Assembly (NCBI GenBank): GCA_964016885.1
Contig: OZ024744.1
Coordinates: 129,642,001-129,706,000 of the forward strand
DNA length: 64,000 nt
Direction: 5' to 3'
From: Eledone cirrhosa
Lineage: Eukaryota
Numbering within the stretch: position 1 is the stretch's first letter; the number at the start of each line of letters is the position of its first letter. Below the pieces are notes generated by a model that was not told the DNA's origin, searched no databases, and saw nothing but the letters and a program-made list of their open reading frames with translations. The translations under genes and the position numbers were made by a program. Of the stretch, positions 59,041-64,000 are shown piece after piece.

Positions 59041-62000
59041 TGGGGTTAAGTTAAGTTGGGGTTAATTTAAATTGGGGTTAATTTAACTTTGTGGTTAAGT
59101 TAAGTTGGGGTTAATTTAAGTTGGGGTTAAGTTAAGTTGGGGTTAATTTAATTTGTGGTTAAGTTAAGTTGGGGTTAAGTTAAGTTGGGGTTGAGTTAAG
59201 CTGGGGTTAAGTTAAGTTGGGGTTAAAATAAGTTGGGGTTAAGTTAAGTTGGGGTTGAGTTAAGTTGGGGTTGAGTTAATTCGGGGTTAAGTTAAGTTGG
59301 GGTTAACTTAAGTTGGGTTTAATTTAAGTTGGGGTTAAGTTAAGTTGGGGTTATAATTAAGTTGGGGTTAAGTTAAGTTGGGGGTAAGATAAGTTGGGGT
59401 TAGTTAAGTTGCGGTTAAGTTAAGTTGGGGTTAAGTTAAGTTGGGGTTAAGTTAAGTTGGGGTTAAGTTAAGTTGGGGTTAATTTAAGTTGGGGTTAATT
59501 TAAGTTGGGGTAAAGTTAAGTTGGGGGTAAGTTAAGTTGGGGTTAAGTTAAGTTGGGGTTAAGTTGGGGTTAAGTTAAGTTAGGGTTAACTTAAGTTGGG
59601 GTTGTGTTAAGTGGTGGTTATGTTAAGTGGTGGTTATGTTAAGTTGGGGTTAAGTTAAGTTGGGGTTAAGTTAAATTGGGGTTAAGTTAAGTTGCGGTTA
59701 AGTTAAGTTGGGGTTAAGTTAAGTTGGGGTTAAGTTAATTAGGTTTAAGTTAAGTTGGGGTTAAGTTAAGTTGGGGTTAAGTTAAGTTGGGGTTAAGTTA
59801 ATTTGTGGTTAAGTTAAGTTGGGGTTAAGTTAAGTTGGGGTTAAGTTAAGTTGGGGATAAGTTAAGTTGAGGATAAGTTAAGTTGGGGTTAATTAAGTTG
59901 GCTTTAAGTTAAGTTGGGGTTAAGTTAAGTTGGGGTTAAGTTAAGTTGGGGTTAAGTTAAGTTGGTTAGTTAAGTTGAGTTTAAGTTAAGTTGGGGTTAA
60001 TTTAAGTTGGGGTTAAGTTAAGTTGGGGTTAAGTTAAGTTGGGGTTAAGTTAAGTTGGGGTTCAGTTAAGTTGGGGTTAAGTTAAGTTGGGGTTAAGTTG
60101 GGGTAAACTTAAGTTGGGGTTAAGTTAAGTTGCGGGTAAGTTAAGTTGAGGTTAAGTTAAGTTGGGGTTAAGTTAAGTTGGGGTTAAGTTAAGTTGGGGC
60201 TAAGTTAAGTTGGAGCTAAGTTAAGTTGGGGCTAAGTTAAGTTGGGGTTAAGTTAAGTTGGGGTTAAGTTAAGGTGGGGTTAAGTTAAGTTGGGGTCAAC
60301 TTAAGTTGGGGTTAATTTAAGTTGGGGTTAACTTAAGTTGGGGTTAAGTTAAGTTGGGGTTAAGTTAAGTTGGGGTTAAGTTAAGTTGGGGTTACGTTAA
60401 GTTGGGGGTAAGTTAAGTTGGTGGTAAGTTAAGTTGGGGGTAAGTTAAGATGGGGTTAAGTTAAGTTGGGGTTAATTTAATTTGGGGTTAAGTTAAGTTA
60501 GGGTTAAGTTAAGTTGGGGTTGAGTTAAGTTGGGGTTAAGTTAAGTTGGGGTTATGTTAAGTTGGGGTTAAGTTAAGTTGGGGTTAAGTTAAGTTGGGGT
60601 TCAATTAAGTTGCGGTTAATTTAAGTTGGGGTTAAGTTAAGTTGGGGTTAAGTTAAGTTGGGGTTAAGTTAAGTTGGGGTTAAATTAAGTTGGGGTTAAA
60701 TTAAGTTGGGGTTAAGTTAAGTTGGGGTTATGTTAAGTTGGTGTTAAGTTAAGTTGGGGTTAAGTTAAGTTGTGGTTAAGTTAGGTTGGTGTTAATTTAA
60801 GTTGGGGGTAAGTTAAGTTGGGGGTAAGTTAAGTTGGTGTTAAGTTAAGTTGGGGTTAAGTTAAGTTGGGGTTAAGTTAAGTTGGGGTTAAGTTAGGGTC
60901 GAGTTAAGTTGGGGTTAAGTTAAGTGGGGGTTATATTAAGTTGGGGTCAAGTTAAGTTGGGGTTAAGTTAAGTTGGGGTTCATTTAAGTTGCGGTTAAGT
61001 TAAGTTGGTGTTAAGTTAAGTTGGGGTTAAGTTAAGTTGGGGTTAAATTAAGTTGGGGTTAAGTTAAGTTGGGGTTAAGTGAAGTTGGGGTTAAGTTAAG
61101 TTGCGGTTAAGTTAAGTTGGGGTTAAGTTAAGTTGGGGTTAAATTAAGTTGGGGTTAAGTTAAGTTGGGGTTAAGTTAAGTTGGGATAAAGTTAAGTTGG
61201 TGTTAAGTTAAGTTGAGGTTAAGTTTACTTGGGGTTAAGTTAAGTTGCGGTTAAGTTAAGTTGGGGTTGAGTTAAGTTGGTGTTGAGTTAAGTTGGGGTT
61301 AATTTAAGTTGGGGTTAATTTAAGTTGGGGTTAAGCTAGTTTGGGGTTAAGTTAAATCGAGGTTAAGTTAAGTTGGGCTTAAGTTAAGTTGGGGTTAATT
61401 TAAGTTGGGGTTAAGTTAAGTTGGGTTTAAGTTAAGTTGGGGTTAAGTTAAGTTGGGGTTAAGTTAAGTTGGGGTTACATTAAGGTGGGGTTAAGTTAAG
61501 TTGGGGTTAAGTTAAGTTGGGCGTTAAGTTAATTTGGGGTTAAGTTAAGTTAGGGTTAAGTTAAGTTGGGGTTGAGTTAAGTTGGGGGTAAGTTAAGTTG
61601 GGGTTAAGTTAAGTTGGGGTTAAGTTAAGTTGGGGTTAAGTTAAGTTAGGCTTAACTTAAGTTGGGGTTAAGTTAAGTTGGGGGTGAGTTAAGTTGGGGG
61701 TAAGTTAAGTTGGGGTTAAGTTAAGTTGGGGGTAAGTTAATTTGGGGTTGAGTTAAGTTGGGGTTAAGTTAAGTGGTGGTTATGTTAAGTTGGGGTTAAG
61801 TTAAGTTGGGGTTAATTTAAATTGGGGTTAATTTAACTTTGTTGTTAAGTTAAGTTGGGGTTAATTTAAGTTGGGGTTAAGTTAAGTTGGGGTTGAGTTA
61901 AGTTAGGGTTGAGTGAAGTTGGGGTTAAGTTAAGTTGGGGTTAAATTAAGTTGGGGTTAAGTTAAGTTGGGGTTAATTTAAGTTGGGGTTAAGTTAAGTT

Positions 62001-64000
62001 GGGGTTAAGTTAATTTGTGGTTAAGTTAAGTTGGGGTTAAGTTAAGTTGGGGTTAAATTCAGTCGGGGTTAAGTTAAGTCGGGGTTAAGTTACGTTGGGG
62101 TTAAGTTAAGTTGGGGTTAAGTTAAGTTGGGGTTGAGTTAAGTTGGGGTTAAGTTAAGTTGGGGTTAAAATAAGTTGGGGTTAAGTTAAGTTGGGGTTGA
62201 GTTAAGTTGGGGTTGAGTGAAGTTGGGGTTAAGTTACGTTGGGGTTAAATTAAGTTGGGGTTAAGTTAAGTTGGGGGTAAGATAAGTTGGGGTTAGTTAA
62301 GTTGCGGTTAAGTTAAGTTGGGGTTAAGTTAAGTTGGGGTTAAGTTAAGTTGGGGTTAAGTTAAGTTGGGGTTAATTTAAGTTGGGGTTAAGTTAAGTTG
62401 GGGTTAATTTAAGTTGGGGTTAATTTAAGTTGGGGTTAAGTTAAGTTGGGGTTAAGTTAAGTTGGGGTAAAGTTAAGTTGGGGGTAAGTTAAGTTGGGGT
62501 TAAGTTAAGTTGGGGTTAAGTTGGGGTTAAGTTAAGTTAGGGTTAACTTAAGTTGGGGTTGTGTTAAGTGGTGGTTATGTTAAGTGGTGGTTATGTTAAG
62601 TTGGGGTTAAGTTAAATTGGGGTTAAGTTAAGTTGCGGTTAAGTTAAGTTGGGGTTAAGTTAAGTTGGGGTTAAGTTAATTAGGGTTAAGTTAAGTTGGG
62701 GTTAAGTTAAGTTGGGGTTAAGTTAATTTGTTGTTAAGTTAAGTTGGGGTTAAGTTAAGTTGGGGTTAAGTTAAGTTGGGGATAAGTTAAGTTGGGGATA
62801 AGTTAAGTTGGGGTTAATTAAGTTGGGTTTATTTAAGTTGGGGTTAAGTTAAGTTGGGGTTAAGTTAAGTTGGGGTTAAGTTAAGTTGGTTAGTTAAGTT
62901 GAGTTTAAGTTAAGTTGGGGTTAATTTAAGTTGGGGTTAAGTTAAGTTGGGGTTAAGTTAAGTTGGGGTTAAGTTAAGTTGGGGTTAAGTTAAGTTGGGG
63001 TTCAGTTAAGTTGGGGTTAAGTTAAGTTGGGGTTAAGTTTGGGTAAAATTAAGTTGGGGTTAAGTTAAGTTGGGGTTAAGTTAAGTTGGGGTTAAGTTAA
63101 GTTGCGGTTAAGTTAAGTTGAGGTTAAGTTAAGTTGGAGTTAAGTTAAGTTGGGGTTAAGTTAAGTTGGGGCTAAGTTAAGTTGGGGCTAAGTTAAGTTG
63201 GGGCTAAGTTAAGTTGGGGTTAAGTTAACTTTGGGTTAAGTTAAGTTGGGTTTGAGTTAAGTTGGGGTTAATTAAGTTGGGGTTAAGTTAAGTTGGGGTT
63301 AAGTTAAGTTGGGGGTAAGTTAAGTTGGGGTTAAGTTAAGTTGGGGTTAAGTTAAGTTGGGGTTAAGTTAAGTTAGGCTTAACTTAAGTTGGGGTTAAGT
63401 TAAGTTGGGGGTGAGTTAAGTTGGGGGTAAGTTAAGTTGGGGTTAAGTTAAGTTGGGGGTAAGTTAATTTGGGGTTGAGTTAAGTTGGGGTTAAGTTAAG
63501 TGGTGGTTATGTTAAGTTGGGGTTAAGTTAAGTTGGGGTTAATTTAAATTGGGGTTAATTTAACTTTGTTGTTAAGTTAAGTTGGGGTTAATTTAAGTTG
63601 GGGTTAAGTTAAGTTGGGGTTGAGTTAAGTTGGGGTTGAGTGAAGTTGGGGTTAAGTTAAGTTGGGGTTAAATTAAGTTGGGGTTAAGTTAAGTTGGGGT
63701 TAATTTAAGTTGGGGTTAAGTTAAGTTGGGGTTAAGTTAATTTGTGGTTAAGTTAAGTTGGGGTTAAGTTAAGTTGGGGTTAAATTCAGTCGGGGTTAAG
63801 TTAAGTCGGGGTTAAGTTACGTTGGGGTTAAGTTAAGTTGGGGTTAAGTTAAGTTGGGGTTGAGTTAAGTTGGGGTTAAGTTAAGTTGGTGTTAAAATAA
63901 GTTGGGGTTAAGTTAAGTTGGGGTTGAGTTAAGTTGGGGTTGAGTGAAGTTGGGGTTAAGTTACGTTGGGGTTAAATTAAGTTGGGGTTAAGTTAAGTTG

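Larger units (their letters stand above)
1..64000 (+). repeat. Tandem satellite / telomere-like array, 16-bp monomer TTAAGTTAAGTTGGGG (about 4,000 copies), running off both window ends
   Basis: The monomer is readable on every line. Most deviations are single substitutions (TTGCGG, TTGAGG, TTGGTG, TTAGGG, TTAATTTAAG, GGGGCTAAG) or short indels. Orientation is constant. Consensus composition is 6T/4A/6G/0C. Confidence 0.99.
47560..64000 (+). repeat. ~10.75 kb-offset duplication (~47560-53250 repeated at ~58310-64000, truncated by the window end)
   Basis: AATTCGGGG 48530/59278, AGGGTCGAG 50147/60895, AATCGAGG 50607/61355, GGGCG 50771/61519 and AACTTTGTTG 51087/61835 (all 10748). TTTATTT 52048/62828 (10780). 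Confidence 0.9.

Noticed and set aside
1-64000. Protein-coding ORF (repetitive protein)
   Set aside because: TTAA places TAA stops on both strands twice per monomer, and the 16-bp period cycles them through all frames, so all six frames close within tens of bases.
1-64000. CRISPR array or other repeat-spacer system
   Set aside because: There are no unique spacers. All sequence is monomer-derived, and no leader or cas genes are present.
1-64000. Canonical telomerase-made TTAGGG/TTAGG/TTGGGG telomere
   Set aside because: These motifs never occur as their own tandem runs. TTAGGG is a sporadic substitution, and variants are inherited in kb-scale blocks.
1-64000. Sequencing noise or low-complexity artefact
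   Set aside because: Variants recur in identical order at consistent offsets, which random error would not produce. Copy number of the large blocks could still be misassembled.
1-64000. Variant monomers as an information-bearing code or diversity-generating cassette system
   Set aside because: The pattern is explained by point mutation plus slippage and nested duplication. No associated enzyme gene, template or expression signal lies in the window.
1-64000. Assignment to a particular organism or named satellite family
   Set aside because: I do not recognise the monomer with confidence. Resemblance to insect or ciliate telomere motifs is only suggestive and needs a database search.

Overview
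The whole 64 kb window is one uninterrupted head-to-tail tandem array, eukaryotic satellite or telomere-like, with a 16-bp consensus monomer TTAAG-TTAAG-TTGGGG (about 4,000 copies). The G-rich strand is on + throughout, the consensus has no C, and I saw no inversion or foreign insertion. No genes, RNA genes, transposons or CRISPR arrays are supported. The informative signal is in the variant monomers, which recur in fixed order and reveal nested higher-order repeats (HORs): 5/6-bp subunits, the 16-bp monomer, ~0.9-1.1 kb blocks, ~6.5-7.4 kb blocks and a ~15.6 kb tandem duplication in the left domain (~5.1-42.7 kb). A mosaic zone (~42.7-46.9 kb) leads into a right domain with its own variant set and different duplication offsets (3,256, 2,602, ~1,695, 3,115 and 10,748 bp). 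Offsets were counted by hand from marker positions, and block boundaries are approximate. Organism and chromosomal position cannot be determined from the sequence alone.
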